Part shown: positions 36,251 to 45,178 of the stretch, in pieces
Position numbering within the stretch: position 1 is the stretch's first letter
Layout: every line of letters begins with the position of its first letter
Source of the DNA: Paludibacteraceae bacterium
Lineage (GTDB): Bacteria; Bacteroidota; Bacteroidia; Bacteroidales; Paludibacteraceae
DNA length: 64,000 nt
Assembly (NCBI GenBank): GCA_017446455.1
Contig: JAFSQV010000014.1
Location: forward strand, 4,688-68,687
Reading direction: 5' to 3'
Translations under genes and position numbers: made by a program
Notes under the pieces: model-generated
Databases searched by the model: none
What the model saw: only the letters and a program-made list of their open reading frames with translations
Told to the model about the DNA's origin: nothing

Positions 36251-36460
36251 TCAACGAGCACGATACGGAAACTCGCTATCAAAAATTGCACGTTCTCCAG
36301 GAGTGAGATTGTTTGGGTAGTCCTTAAGATAACTAAAGATTTTAATTTTGTCAAAAGAGAACAAGAAATCACCCGTCTTGAGATTCGGGATAGTTGCTAC
36401 GTTCCAGATGACATTAGATTCATCTTCTTTAAAAAACTCATATATAACATCGTTTTCCAT
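36251..36460 (-). CDS. hypothetical 69-aa protein, opposite-strand moron (immunity candidate)
   Basis: It is the only minus-strand ORF inside the late region. It has its own TACCTTTG box (36483-36490) and AGGAG before the ATG, and lies in an AT-rich segment. Confidence 0.5.
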   Translation of the reverse strand: MENDVIYEFFKEDESNVIWNVATIPNLKTGDFLFSFDKIKIFSYLKDYPNNLTPGERAIFDSEFPYRAR

Positions 36461-36482
36461 AAGGAGATAGTTATTCTGGTCG

Positions 36483-36490
36483 CAAAGGTA
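36483..36490 (-). promoter_or_regulatory. promoter -7 box (TACCTTTG) for the moron
   Basis: Minus strand reads GCGTACCTTTGCGACC, 23 nt upstream of ATG 36460. Confidence 0.5.
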
Positions 36491-36625
36491 CGCTTTTTAT
36501 TTGACACGTGCAAGTTTTTTGGCAAAAAAGTGCTGAAAAAAGTGTAATTTTCATCATTTCGACAAAAAATTCACTTTTTAATTATTTATTTCATTATTTT
36601 ATTTGCAGATACAAAAAATTATTAC

Positions 36626-36633
36626 TATCTTTG
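36626..36633 (+). promoter_or_regulatory. promoter -7 box (TATCTTTG) restarting rightward transcription
   Basis: ATTACTATCTTTGCAACCG with ATTTGCAGA upstream, 27 nt before ATG 36660. Confidence 0.5.
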
Positions 36634-36659
36634 CAACCGAATTTAAAAACACCAATATT

Positions 36660-37007
36660 ATGGCAACATACATCTTCGATAAACCGTTTCTTGATAAAGC
36701 CATCGCCGGAGTCCGTGCACTTAAGCTTGCCGAACTGAAAGCTCGCAAGGAAATAAGCTGGTGGCTTGATAGCCGGCACAAGAGTGCTGTTGTTGCTGAA
36801 TACCGCCAACTCGGTGGACGTGGTGCAGGCATCGCAATTGATCTGGACGTAATGACTGAGGACGGATATTCGGATAAGAAGAACATCGGATTGTCAACAT
36901 CTGGGACAGGTCAGTCAACTGCCAACTCCGAGGAGAGGGCGTTTGATAGCGTGAAGCAATCCGCACTCCGTAGATTGGAAGTATTGAAATCAAGGGGAAT
37001 CATATAA
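36660..37007 (+). CDS. hypothetical protein (115 aa)
   Basis: Start chosen at ATG 36660 (MATYIFDK), downstream of the promoter. Confidence 0.5.
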   Translation: MATYIFDKPFLDKAIAGVRALKLAELKARKEISWWLDSRHKSAVVAEYRQLGGRGAGIAIDLDVMTEDGYSDKKNIGLSTSGTGQSTANSEERAFDSVKQSALRRLEVLKSRGII

Positions 37008-37084
37008 ACAACTCGAGCGCCATCGTCTCGTATGTGTCTCGTAAGCGTCTCGTAAATATGTCGTAACATAAAAAAATTACAATC

Positions 37085-37504
37085 ATGACTCAAAAGTACA
37101 TCAAAGTAACGCCGAAAGGCGAGAAAGAGGGACGAGTAGTGCTCGCATCCCTTAAGAGCTTCTTCGTTAGTCAAGGCGCGAAGATTGAAACTCCCACTCC
37201 GGAAGAGATTGCTGCTGAGTTTCCGGAAGAGCGCAAGGTCAGCGCAACGTCGGCGCAACCGCAGCAGAGCCAGCAGGCTGTAAACGCAGTCATTGCCGAG
37301 CAGAAGGTAACCATCGAGAAGCAGGCCGAGACGATCAAGGCCCTCGAAGAGGAGCTGAAGACCGTCAAGGAGGAGCGCGAAAAAGCCTACGAGCAGGTAG
37401 CGGCTCTCGGTAAGTCCCTCGAGGAATCCGAGCAGTTGATTGCCAAACTGCGTGCTGACGCAGACAAAGGCGCAAAAACCTCCGGCAAGGAGAAAGGCGA
37501 ATAA
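37085..37504 (+). CDS. scaffolding-like coiled-coil protein (139 aa)
   Basis: E/K/A/Q-rich helix (EKQAETIKALEEELKTVKEEREKAYEQVAALGKSLEESEQLIAKLRADADK). It lies upstream of the capsid gene. Confidence 0.5.
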   Translation: MTQKYIKVTPKGEKEGRVVLASLKSFFVSQGAKIETPTPEEIAAEFPEERKVSATSAQPQQSQQAVNAVIAEQKVTIEKQAETIKALEEELKTVKEEREKAYEQVAALGKSLEESEQLIAKLRADADKGAKTSGKEKGE

Positions 37505-37528
37505 CACAAACTCTAAAACACAAATCAT

Positions 37529-38416
37529 ATGACTTTAGGAGATTTTCTCAACAACCTGGCGGCCAAAACCGGCCTGCAAAATGATCAAGCCTTTATTGAT
37601 TTGCTGTCCTCTTCCGAGCTCTCTCAACACGAGATCAGCGACGAACTGGCACAACGCATCGACGGAGGCCTTATGTCGCTCGATGGAGCGAAAAACAACC
37701 GTGACGTACTGAACCACTACAAGCCTATCGTGCTCAAGGCTATCGACGACAAGTTTGCCGTCCTGGCCGAGAAATACGGTATCGCGGACAAGATTGCTGC
37801 CGAGAAATCCTCGTACAACAAGCTTGACATCCTCGAGCAGGCGCTGGCCGCCAAGCTGGCCGACGCGGAGGCGAGAGTGCAAAGTGCAGGCGGGCAGAAG
37901 AGTGAAGAAGTGACACGGCTGACCAAGCAGATCAGCGACTTGCAGGGACAACTACAGACACTGACTGCATCCAAGGAGGCAGAGTTGAAATCGCTGCGCG
38001 ATCAATACTCGAAGAGCCAACTGGACATGCTCATCAACTTCGATCTCAAGGGACGGAACTATGCCAATGCGGAACTTGGCGACACCAACGTGGATATTGC
38101 TCACGCTATCATCTCCAAGGCGCTGCAGGAGCAGAAAGCCGTCATCGTGAACGACAACGGAGTGCTCAAACTCAAGCAGGCCGACAACCTCGACCTGGAC
38201 TTCCTTGACGGTCAGTACAAGCCGGTATCGTTCAGCGACTTTGTATCCCGCACGCTTGCGGACAAGCATCTGCTGGCTGTGCAAGGAAATGGCGACGATG
38301 ATCACAGGACACCTCCTGCTCCCCCTGCACCGACAATTCCGACCGGACAGGACAACAGGAACACCAGACAGTTTGAAGCAGCCTTAGCTGCCTCAATGGC
38401 TGACGACGAAAATTAA
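37529..38416 (+). CDS. scaffolding / head-associated protein (295 aa)
   Basis: Central coiled coil, a Pro-rich C-terminus, and position directly before the major capsid gene. Confidence 0.5.
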   Translation: MTLGDFLNNLAAKTGLQNDQAFIDLLSSSELSQHEISDELAQRIDGGLMSLDGAKNNRDVLNHYKPIVLKAIDDKFAVLAEKYGIADKIAAEKSSYNKLDILEQALAAKLADAEARVQSAGGQKSEEVTRLTKQISDLQGQLQTLTASKEAELKSLRDQYSKSQLDMLINFDLKGRNYANAELGDTNVDIAHAIISKALQEQKAVIVNDNGVLKLKQADNLDLDFLDGQYKPVSFSDFVSRTLADKHLLAVQGNGDDDHRTPPAPPAPTIPTGQDNRNTRQFEAALAASMADDEN

Positions 38417-38434
38417 TCAAAAACATCAACTACT

Positions 38435-39589
38435 ATGCCAATTACAGGTACTGGCTTTGCGCAAGCCCTCAAAAAAAACATCGGCCTTATTGCTAAGGAG
38501 AATGATCCTCAGTTGAAAGTCACTCCGACCGGCTTCCTCAAGTTGCTGCTTGAGAACAACGCCCTGGTTGAGATTAACAACATCGAGGAGCTCCGCAAGG
38601 GCCAGAAGCGCACCATCAAACTGCGTTATTTGCAACGCGGTTCCGAAAGCGAGGTAACGGACGTTGACAACTGCGACACCAACACGGTGGACGGTTGGAA
38701 AGAGAGTGAAATCCCGACACCTCAGTTCTCCAAGATCGGCATCTTCATTCCGGACGACGAGTTCCGTCAGTACGAGGAAGAGGCTATCCAGACGCTCGCA
38801 TTGGGCGACGGCCAGCAGGCTCCGCTGATGCGTGGTTTCTACGAGATTCTGCTCACCAAGCTCATCGGCTTGATCAGCAAGATTGACACCAACCTCATCG
38901 CTGCACAAGCGCTCAAATGGGGCGAGAATGCGGCATACAGCCCGCGTACCGGCGCTAAAGTTATCGAGCTGGGTAAGACCGCCGATTTCAATAGCGGTTA
39001 CGTCAAGCTGCAAGAAGATGCGCTCATCAACGAGCTGAACGGCGACCTGCTGCTTTGCGGCAACGGTCTGATAACCCGCTACGACATGTACCACCGACTG
39101 AAAGCAGGTAACGATGCTAACGGTATCGGCGCTCTGCCTCTCAACGCGTACTACGATCCGCGCACCAAGGCCGGATGGGGTACTGACCACTTCGGAGTGT
39201 TCGCAAAAGGCACCATCGGCTTCGTCGATTGGAATAAGAACGTAGGTCCTTATGCAGGTGAGAAAGGCGGTCACAACTTCTTCACGCTTCCTATCCCTGT
39301 AGAGCTCGCAAACGGCACGCTGTCTGCGCTTGTGCTTGACGCACAGATGTTCTACGGAGCATGTCCGGAGTACGATGGCGATGGCGTGCTGACGAAAGAT
39401 CGCGGATGGAACATCATCCTCTCGAAGCACTACGGCCTGTTCAACTTGCCGGACAACGCATTTGCATCGAGCGACATCCTCTATAAGGTCAACGGCTCGC
39501 TGCACTACGTGGCACAGGAGAAAGCGGAGGTAACTACCGTAGAACCGACTGCATCGGCGGTATTCAAAACGCAGGAGCAGACTGAGTAA
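38435..39589 (+). CDS. major capsid protein (putative)
   Basis: 384 aa, preceded by a strong RBS-free short spacer, in the canonical position after the scaffold genes. Its GC and codon use are typical of highly expressed late genes. Confidence 0.6.
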   Translation: MPITGTGFAQALKKNIGLIAKENDPQLKVTPTGFLKLLLENNALVEINNIEELRKGQKRTIKLRYLQRGSESEVTDVDNCDTNTVDGWKESEIPTPQFSKIGIFIPDDEFRQYEEEAIQTLALGDGQQAPLMRGFYEILLTKLIGLISKIDTNLIAAQALKWGENAAYSPRTGAKVIELGKTADFNSGYVKLQEDALINELNGDLLLCGNGLITRYDMYHRLKAGNDANGIGALPLNAYYDPRTKAGWGTDHFGVFAKGTIGFVDWNKNVGPYAGEKGGHNFFTLPIPVELANGTLSALVLDAQMFYGACPEYDGDGVLTKDRGWNIILSKHYGLFNLPDNAFASSDILYKVNGSLHYVAQEKAEVTTVEPTASAVFKTQEQTE

Positions 39590-39600
39590 CCGGAACGATT

Positions 39601-40119
39601 ATGCTTGACGAACTGAAAGGATATATCGGATTAAGAAGCAACGGCGACACAGAGGCACCAAGTGGCCTCTATGTCGACGCGCTTCCCGATATCAACCTGA
39701 CTATCATTGAGCGTATCACGACGAATGAGGAAGACAGCTGCGAAACATGGTCCCGCATTGAAAAGCGAGCGTTGTTGAAATTCCGGACGCTATTCATCCG
39801 GGAAGTCAACAAATGCCATAAGATCAACGCTATCGATAAATGCGAATGCCTCATTGTTAATAACAAGGAAGTTCTTGCAACAGCCTTGTGGTATATCATG
39901 GGCGCTGAGGTGATGATCACCCGCAAAGAATCGAGCCGGATCAATGCGGCGACCATAGATCGCGGAAAAAACGACGAGCTCCGGGCGTATTTCGAGGACC
40001 AGTTCCAGAAAGAGCTCGAGGTGGCCGTCAATAGCATAGACGTTCACAACTCTACTTGCTTTCCGGACGAGCAGCCAAAGCCAAATGCAATAGTGACCAT
40101 TGAAACTCCTATCCTCTAA
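39601..40119 (+). CDS. head-tail connector / head completion protein (putative)
   Basis: 172 aa. Call rests on position after the capsid gene. Confidence 0.4.
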   Translation: MLDELKGYIGLRSNGDTEAPSGLYVDALPDINLTIIERITTNEEDSCETWSRIEKRALLKFRTLFIREVNKCHKINAIDKCECLIVNNKEVLATALWYIMGAEVMITRKESSRINAATIDRGKNDELRAYFEDQFQKELEVAVNSIDVHNSTCFPDEQPKPNAIVTIETPIL

Positions 40120-40556
40120 TGGAACTCACGACCAACATGCCAGTGGTGCTCAATACCGTCAATATGAAGTTGTCGGCATTGGATATCAAACGCATGACGA
40201 ACATACAAGCGACTACGCTGATGGCAGTCATGCGCGACCGCATCCATGTACAAGGACGAGATTCCAACGGAGCGCCGATTGGTGTATATACACCAAAGTA
40301 CATCAAGTACTCGCGTAAGAAAGCCGGCCGTGGAACTGACAGCAAGGTTATCTTATCGCTGACAAGACAGATGGAAAATGGGTATATCTTGGTAGAGTTA
40401 CCAAACGGCACCGGTATCGGATTCTCGACGCACGAGGACTTCCAAAAGGCCGGATGGTGTGAGGAGACTTACAAAAAGCCTATCTTCAAGCCGACAGCCG
40501 AGGAAACGGCAATGGTCAACCAAATAGCAGAAGAATACATTGCTAAACACCTATAA
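40119..40556 (+). CDS. head-tail joining (HK97 gp10-like / virion morphogenesis) protein (putative)
   Basis: 145 aa. MAVMRDRIHVQGRDSNGAPIGVYTPKY...SLTRQMENG resembles this family. ATGA-type overlap with the upstream gene. Confidence 0.45.
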   Translation: MELTTNMPVVLNTVNMKLSALDIKRMTNIQATTLMAVMRDRIHVQGRDSNGAPIGVYTPKYIKYSRKKAGRGTDSKVILSLTRQMENGYILVELPNGTGIGFSTHEDFQKAGWCEETYKKPIFKPTAEETAMVNQIAEEYIAKHL

Positions 40557-40558
40557 GT

Positions 40559-41080
40559 ATGCACAGCGTCATTCGTTCAATCAATGAGGTGCTTAATGGC
40601 ATTTTTAAGCCAGGGGCTAAGGTTCATTTTTATGGACTGGCAGAATCTGTCGCTGCTCGCGATTCGAAAGGAGAAAAGGTTGTGCCGGCGATAGTACTCC
40701 CAGACGGCGAGTGCTTCGACGTATATGGACTGGCCGACATGAAGAACGCTACTTTCTATCATCGTCTGCAGAGTTCGCAGTTTGGATCGGTGCAGTCTTT
40801 TGGTAGCACAAAGGACTACGAGAAGACAAGCGATGTATCGCTTATTGTTTTTGGTAAGCGCCAAGTGTACGATCAGTTCGTGCTGGCAGACACCGTCTGC
40901 GCGGCTCTTGGAAAAATGAAGAATGTGACGCTGCAGGGAGTTGATTACAACCTGCTGCAGGTGTTTGCAACGGAGTACAGCGGCCTGTCCTGCTTCCTTA
41001 ATCCGGATTACTTCTTATTTAGAATCAATTATCGTATAACCAGCACCCTTAATAGGTGCACAAATATTGAAAAACTATGA
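40559..41080 (+). CDS. neck / tail completion protein (putative)
   Basis: 173 aa, in the connector block. Confidence 0.4.
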   Translation: MHSVIRSINEVLNGIFKPGAKVHFYGLAESVAARDSKGEKVVPAIVLPDGECFDVYGLADMKNATFYHRLQSSQFGSVQSFGSTKDYEKTSDVSLIVFGKRQVYDQFVLADTVCAALGKMKNVTLQGVDYNLLQVFATEYSGLSCFLNPDYFLFRINYRITSTLNRCTNIEKL

Positions 41081-41661
41081 GTTTACAACGAATCACATGT
41101 GATGGTGCCTCTGGCACTCCGCTGGTTCATACCTGCGACCCTTGCGAGCGAGAGCTTGGTCGTGTCCGTGGTGCGTGCCTTGTAGATGGGTCGTTTGATT
41201 TTACGGCTCTTATTGCTGCATTGAAAGGTTCTGATCCATCTGCAGCCCAGAACCTCTTTGAACAAGCGATTGAAGATGGAGATATACACCTCATCTCAGA
41301 GACTACCGGTACCTACGATGGCGGTTCTCCTCAGACAGGAGATGGCTACGGGGACGAAGAAACACGTCTGCTCGGTTATCTGCACACGCTGAACTTCAAG
41401 GACCCGTCGTATGCCGGCAACAAAGACTTCTACGAGCAAGCAGAGAAGGAGCACTGGAAACTAATCTGGCGAACAGAGACATTGTTGCACTTCGTCAACA
41501 AGCCTGCAGGTATCCAAGCGATCGCTCCTGTAGAGACGGACCTGACATCTGCTGTCGTATGGGACGTAACGGCTACCTGGAAGTCCAAGGAGAAGCCGGA
41601 AATAGCTCCACTTGCACACCTTGCAAAGTATTTCGAAGGATGCTGGGAAACCACTCCTTAA
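41077..41661 (+). CDS. structural protein, possible major tail/tube protein
   Basis: 194 aa. It is the last gene of the connector block and overlaps the upstream stop. Confidence 0.35.
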   Translation: MSLQRITCDGASGTPLVHTCDPCERELGRVRGACLVDGSFDFTALIAALKGSDPSAAQNLFEQAIEDGDIHLISETTGTYDGGSPQTGDGYGDEETRLLGYLHTLNFKDPSYAGNKDFYEQAEKEHWKLIWRTETLLHFVNKPAGIQAIAPVETDLTSAVVWDVTATWKSKEKPEIAPLAHLAKYFEGCWETTP

Positions 41662-41719
41662 GAGCTATCTAATGGCATAGGCGGCTGACTACTGCCTATG
41701 CTAACTAATTTTAACAAGT

Positions 41720-42670
41720 ATGGAAACGCTAAAAATTGTAAAGGGCCAGCCGTTTGTGTTGTGGATTCCAACTATCATGCTCAACGCCGATGGCGAGCAG
41801 GAGATAGATGCCAGCACGCTCACAGATGTCGTTGTGACAGCGAGCAGCGGGTGTGATAAATATACCATCGACCACCACGCGCACGAGCACTGGCTCGTGC
41901 TGGAATTTGACGACAGCCTGAAAATAGGCCCGTACAGAATAACTATCACAGGGTTCCTTGAAGGAGGGCGCAAGTTTTGTCTTGCGCTTGCTAAACCGCT
42001 CGAGATCGTCAACTGGGACAGCGAAAGCAACTGGGACCGCTTCATCGTAGGCGACCATATCGAACTGACGGATCATCCGTTCATAACGGGTGAGTTTCTC
42101 ACAGATGCGGAGTTTGAAGCCTTGAAAGAAGAGTACCGCGAGAAGAACGCGCAACTCGACCAGGCGATCGCAGATGCCGAAGCGGCAAAGGAACACTATG
42201 ACGAACTCGCCGAGCAGTTGAGCGGAGTGGCGCAGGAAGCGACATCGCATGAGATACTAACCAAAACGGAAGCGGCGAAAGATGCAGCAGTAGAAGCAAA
42301 AACCGCAGCGCAGGCAGCAGAAACGACGACACAAGGCACGGCAAACAAGAACGAGATACTTGCGGCTATTGCAGCAAACGCCGGAATTCCTACTTTGACC
42401 ATACCAAACACAACGGCAGCGCAGGAACTTGCACCGAATGTGTTGTATATCTTTTCATCCCGCACAAACGAACTGACCCTCACAATAGGCGCGCCTATTG
42501 TGGGTATAGCCAACGAGTATCACTTTTTTGTCGTATGTGGTGCGACCGCACCGACAATCAATTTCCCTGCTGGTATCACATGGAACGGCGGCAGCGCACC
42601 GACTATTGCAGCCGACAAGACCTACGAGGTATCTATATTGAATAATGTTGCAGCATATTTTGAGGTATGA
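41720..42670 (+). CDS. fibre/whisker-like structural protein (316 aa)
   Basis: N-terminal beta-rich domain, an Ala/Glu-rich coiled coil (AIADAEAAKEHYDELAEQL...AAKDAAVEAKTAAQAAE) and a C-terminal beta domain. Confidence 0.4.
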   Translation: METLKIVKGQPFVLWIPTIMLNADGEQEIDASTLTDVVVTASSGCDKYTIDHHAHEHWLVLEFDDSLKIGPYRITITGFLEGGRKFCLALAKPLEIVNWDSESNWDRFIVGDHIELTDHPFITGEFLTDAEFEALKEEYREKNAQLDQAIADAEAAKEHYDELAEQLSGVAQEATSHEILTKTEAAKDAAVEAKTAAQAAETTTQGTANKNEILAAIAANAGIPTLTIPNTTAAQELAPNVLYIFSSRTNELTLTIGAPIVGIANEYHFFVVCGATAPTINFPAGITWNGGSAPTIAADKTYEVSILNNVAAYFEV

Positions 42671-43026
42671 GAAAGACATTCGAGAAAGACGGCAAAATAC
42701 GCAGTTTTGAGATCGAGAACGACCGCATACTTGCGACAATAGAGATAGGTGGCGATTGGGTAGCAAACCCAACGCTTGAAGTCTTTTTAGCAGATGGCTG
42801 GCAAGAGTATATCGCACCCGTGCCCGAACCATACATACCGACATATGCAGAGTTAGTAGAGCAGTATATTCGTGAGCATGGCTACGAGACCTACGGCGCA
42901 GAGTTGGCAGTAGTGAACAATTATTCCGAGAACCCGTCCGAGTATTTGGAATCGTGGCAGCACTATCAAGGTGTCCGCCATGAGGCAAAGATTTGGGCAC
43001 AATCCCAACCCCACCGCGATGAATGA
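42667..43026 (+). CDS. hypothetical structural-module protein (119 aa)
   Basis: ATGA overlap with the upstream gene. Confidence 0.45.
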   Translation: MRKTFEKDGKIRSFEIENDRILATIEIGGDWVANPTLEVFLADGWQEYIAPVPEPYIPTYAELVEQYIREHGYETYGAELAVVNNYSENPSEYLESWQHYQGVRHEAKIWAQSQPHRDE

Positions 43027-43669
43027 TGTACTGCTAAATAGACGGAGAGAGATGATGCAAGTAAGCAAGTCTAAGGATAACGTCATCTTATATACGACTA
43101 CTGACGGTAATCCTATCCCAGATAAAACCAACTACGCTTCTGGAGTAAATCTTATTAGCAACACTTATGAGAATGGTGTAGGTACATTGACATTTGACGG
43201 TGTGATTACTACCATTCCGAATAGTGCAGGATTCCATGGTATTACAACTCTTGAATCAGTAGAGTTCCCAGATAGCATCGTGAATTTTGGATACGGTTTG
43301 TTTAATGGTTGTTCGGGGCTTAAATCAGTTAAGTTGCCGCAATACATAACAAGAATCGATACATACACGTTCTATAGTACAGGACTACTTACGCTTGAGA
43401 TACCAGATGGAGTAACGTATATTGGTACATATTGTTTTATGCGTAGTTATAATTTCAAAATATTTGAACTCCCCGCAAGTCTAACGAGCATCGGACGACA
43501 GGCATTCTTAAGCACAGCAATAACGGATATAAAGATTTTGAACACCACTCAAAAGGTAAATGGTGCGGCTTATATGTTTGACAACCCAATAATAAGAGTG
43601 CCGAACGCATTGCTTTCCGAGTATCAAGCAGATAGTAACTGGAATGTGTATAGACTGGCTGGATATTAA
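43019..43669 (+). CDS. BspA-type leucine-rich repeat protein (candidate receptor-binding/adhesion protein)
   Basis: Repeats of the type F.GC..L.S(V/I).(L/I)P..(V/I)..I....F (ESVEFPDSIVNFGYGLFNGCSGLKSVKLPQYITRIDTYTF...). Start chosen at ATG 43019; ATG 43052 is an alternative. Confidence 0.65.
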   Translation: MNDVLLNRRREMMQVSKSKDNVILYTTTDGNPIPDKTNYASGVNLISNTYENGVGTLTFDGVITTIPNSAGFHGITTLESVEFPDSIVNFGYGLFNGCSGLKSVKLPQYITRIDTYTFYSTGLLTLEIPDGVTYIGTYCFMRSYNFKIFELPASLTSIGRQAFLSTAITDIKILNTTQKVNGAAYMFDNPIIRVPNALLSEYQADSNWNVYRLAGY

Positions 43670-43670
43670 A

Positions 43671-44162
43671 ATGTATAACTTCAAGACCTGCATCGTCCTT
43701 CTGCTCTGCGCGTGCTTCGGTGGTTGCAGATGTCCCGAGTGCGTAACGACAACCGAAGTCGAGAAGGTCGTAAAAGTTGTAGAACGTGACACGACCATCG
43801 TGACGAAAGCGGACTCCGCAAGCGTGAGCGCGCTGCTCAAATGCGATAGCGCGTATAACGTAGTGCTCTTTGAACTTGTCAGCATACAAGGCGAGCGTAT
43901 CAAAGCACAGGCGAACACGAAGAAGCAGGGCAAAGACCTTGCGCTTACGCTGAACTGCAAAGAGGACTCGCTGCTGACCGAGATACAACTGCGCGACAGT
44001 ATCATCGCCACCACTACGACCAACACGAAGATCATCCGGGAGAAGTATGTGCCTGGCTATTACAAGTTCGTATCATGGGGCTTTTGGATATTGCTCGCCA
44101 TCCTCATCCTTCTTGGAGCATGGAAGATATTGAAGACATATCTCAAAAAATCAATCATATGA
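43671..44162 (+). CDS. unimolecular spanin-like protein (N-terminal lipobox plus C-terminal TM)
   Basis: MYNFKTCIVLLLCACFGGC (lipobox-like FGGC) and a C-terminal FVSWGFWILLAILILLGAWKIL. Start at ATG 43671. Confidence 0.5.
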   Translation: MYNFKTCIVLLLCACFGGCRCPECVTTTEVEKVVKVVERDTTIVTKADSASVSALLKCDSAYNVVLFELVSIQGERIKAQANTKKQGKDLALTLNCKEDSLLTEIQLRDSIIATTTTNTKIIREKYVPGYYKFVSWGFWILLAILILLGAWKILKTYLKKSII

Positions 44163-44341
44163 AAGAGTTCTGGAAAACTTGGCAATTCTGGACTGCGGTA
44201 GTCTCAGTCATTCTGCTCATCGTAGCGGTAGTGTTGTACTTCGTATCTCCGAAATTCTGCTATGCGGCGAGCGGTCTGCTCATTGGCGCATTCGCAGGCT
44301 TCATCGGCGGGTATTTTGTAGCGAAGAAAGGAGGCTACTGA
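44159..44341 (+). CDS. holin-like protein (60 aa, 2 TM)
   Basis: WQFWTAVVSVILLIVAVVLYFV and AASGLLIGAFAGFIGGYFVA, with a charged C-terminus KKGGY. ATGA overlaps on both sides. Confidence 0.55.
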   Translation: MKEFWKTWQFWTAVVSVILLIVAVVLYFVSPKFCYAASGLLIGAFAGFIGGYFVAKKGGY

Positions 44342-44742
44342 TGAGCCAGATAGAGATTGCATTGCAGATTATTACTACCATCGTCGGACTGATCGGTGGT
44401 GGTGTTGGTATCTATTTCTGGCGTGTCAATCGCGAACTCAAGCAGCAAGAGGTGGAGAAAGCGGCCATTGAAAACGAGATGACACAGGCTGGTGCTTGGC
44501 GCGGACTATACGAGCAGGAACACGCCAAGTGCGAGCAGAAGAGCGCGGAGAAGCGAGAACTCTATGCCGAGCGCGACCGATTGAGAGACGCGAACTCCAA
44601 GAAAGACTTGCGAATCGAGCAGTTGTGTTGGTATTATTGCACACGGCCGAACTGCGACAAGCGTAATCCTCCGCACCGATTTGACGAGCGCGGATACGAG
44701 ATTCACGCAGAGACATTTGATAACAATAAAAAGAAGGAGTGA
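44341..44742 (+). CDS. N-terminal TM plus coiled-coil protein (holin/antiholin or i-spanin-like)
   Basis: IALQIITTIVGLIGGGVGIYFW followed by a charged helical region. Confidence 0.45.
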   Translation: MSQIEIALQIITTIVGLIGGGVGIYFWRVNRELKQQEVEKAAIENEMTQAGAWRGLYEQEHAKCEQKSAEKRELYAERDRLRDANSKKDLRIEQLCWYYCTRPNCDKRNPPHRFDERGYEIHAETFDNNKKKE

Positions 44743-44746
44743 TTGT

Positions 44747-45178
44747 ATGGAGGTTATTTTGCATAGGGCATATAAGAATCCCAATTATACCATAGGCAAA
44801 TTGTATATTGACGGCAAGCCGTGGCGCGACTGCTGCGAGGACCCAGACAGGTGTCTAAACATGTGGATGCCGCTCAAGGACATCGAGGCGAAGAAGGTCT
44901 ATGGCGCCACAGCCATCCCATGCGGCCGTTACGAGATCACACTGACCCACAGCCCAGCATTCGGAAGAGTGCTGCCGCTGCTCAACGGTGTACCCGGATG
45001 GAGCGGCGTGCGGATTCACGCAGGCAACAGCCCCGCCGACTCCAAGGGATGCCTGCTGCCGGGAGATAACAAGGCGGTAGGCAAGGTGCTCAACAGCCGA
45101 GCTGCCGAGAAAGAACTTGTCGCACTCATGCAAGCCGCTCATGCACGAGGCGAGAAAAACTACATCACTATCATATAA
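44747..45178 (+). CDS. candidate endolysin: DUF5675-like protein with a YkuD-like H...GC motif
   Basis: MEVILHRAYKNPNYTIGKLYIDG...IPCGRYEITL...VRIHAGNSPADSKGCLLPG. The His-x10-Gly-Cys spacing resembles the L,D-transpeptidase catalytic motif. It is the last gene of the lysis block. Confidence 0.4.
   Translation: MEVILHRAYKNPNYTIGKLYIDGKPWRDCCEDPDRCLNMWMPLKDIEAKKVYGATAIPCGRYEITLTHSPAFGRVLPLLNGVPGWSGVRIHAGNSPADSKGCLLPGDNKAVGKVLNSRAAEKELVALMQAAHARGEKNYITII

Noticed and set aside
36508-36886. ORFs 36508-36738, 36594-36809 and 36599-36886 in the AT-rich gap
   Set aside because: They overlap the divergent promoter region and the 5' end of gene 36660-37007. Their products are low-complexity.
38426-39505. 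359-aa minus-strand ORF
   Set aside because: It is antisense to the putative major capsid gene. It breaks the uniformly rightward late operon and has no promoter box or RBS-like context.
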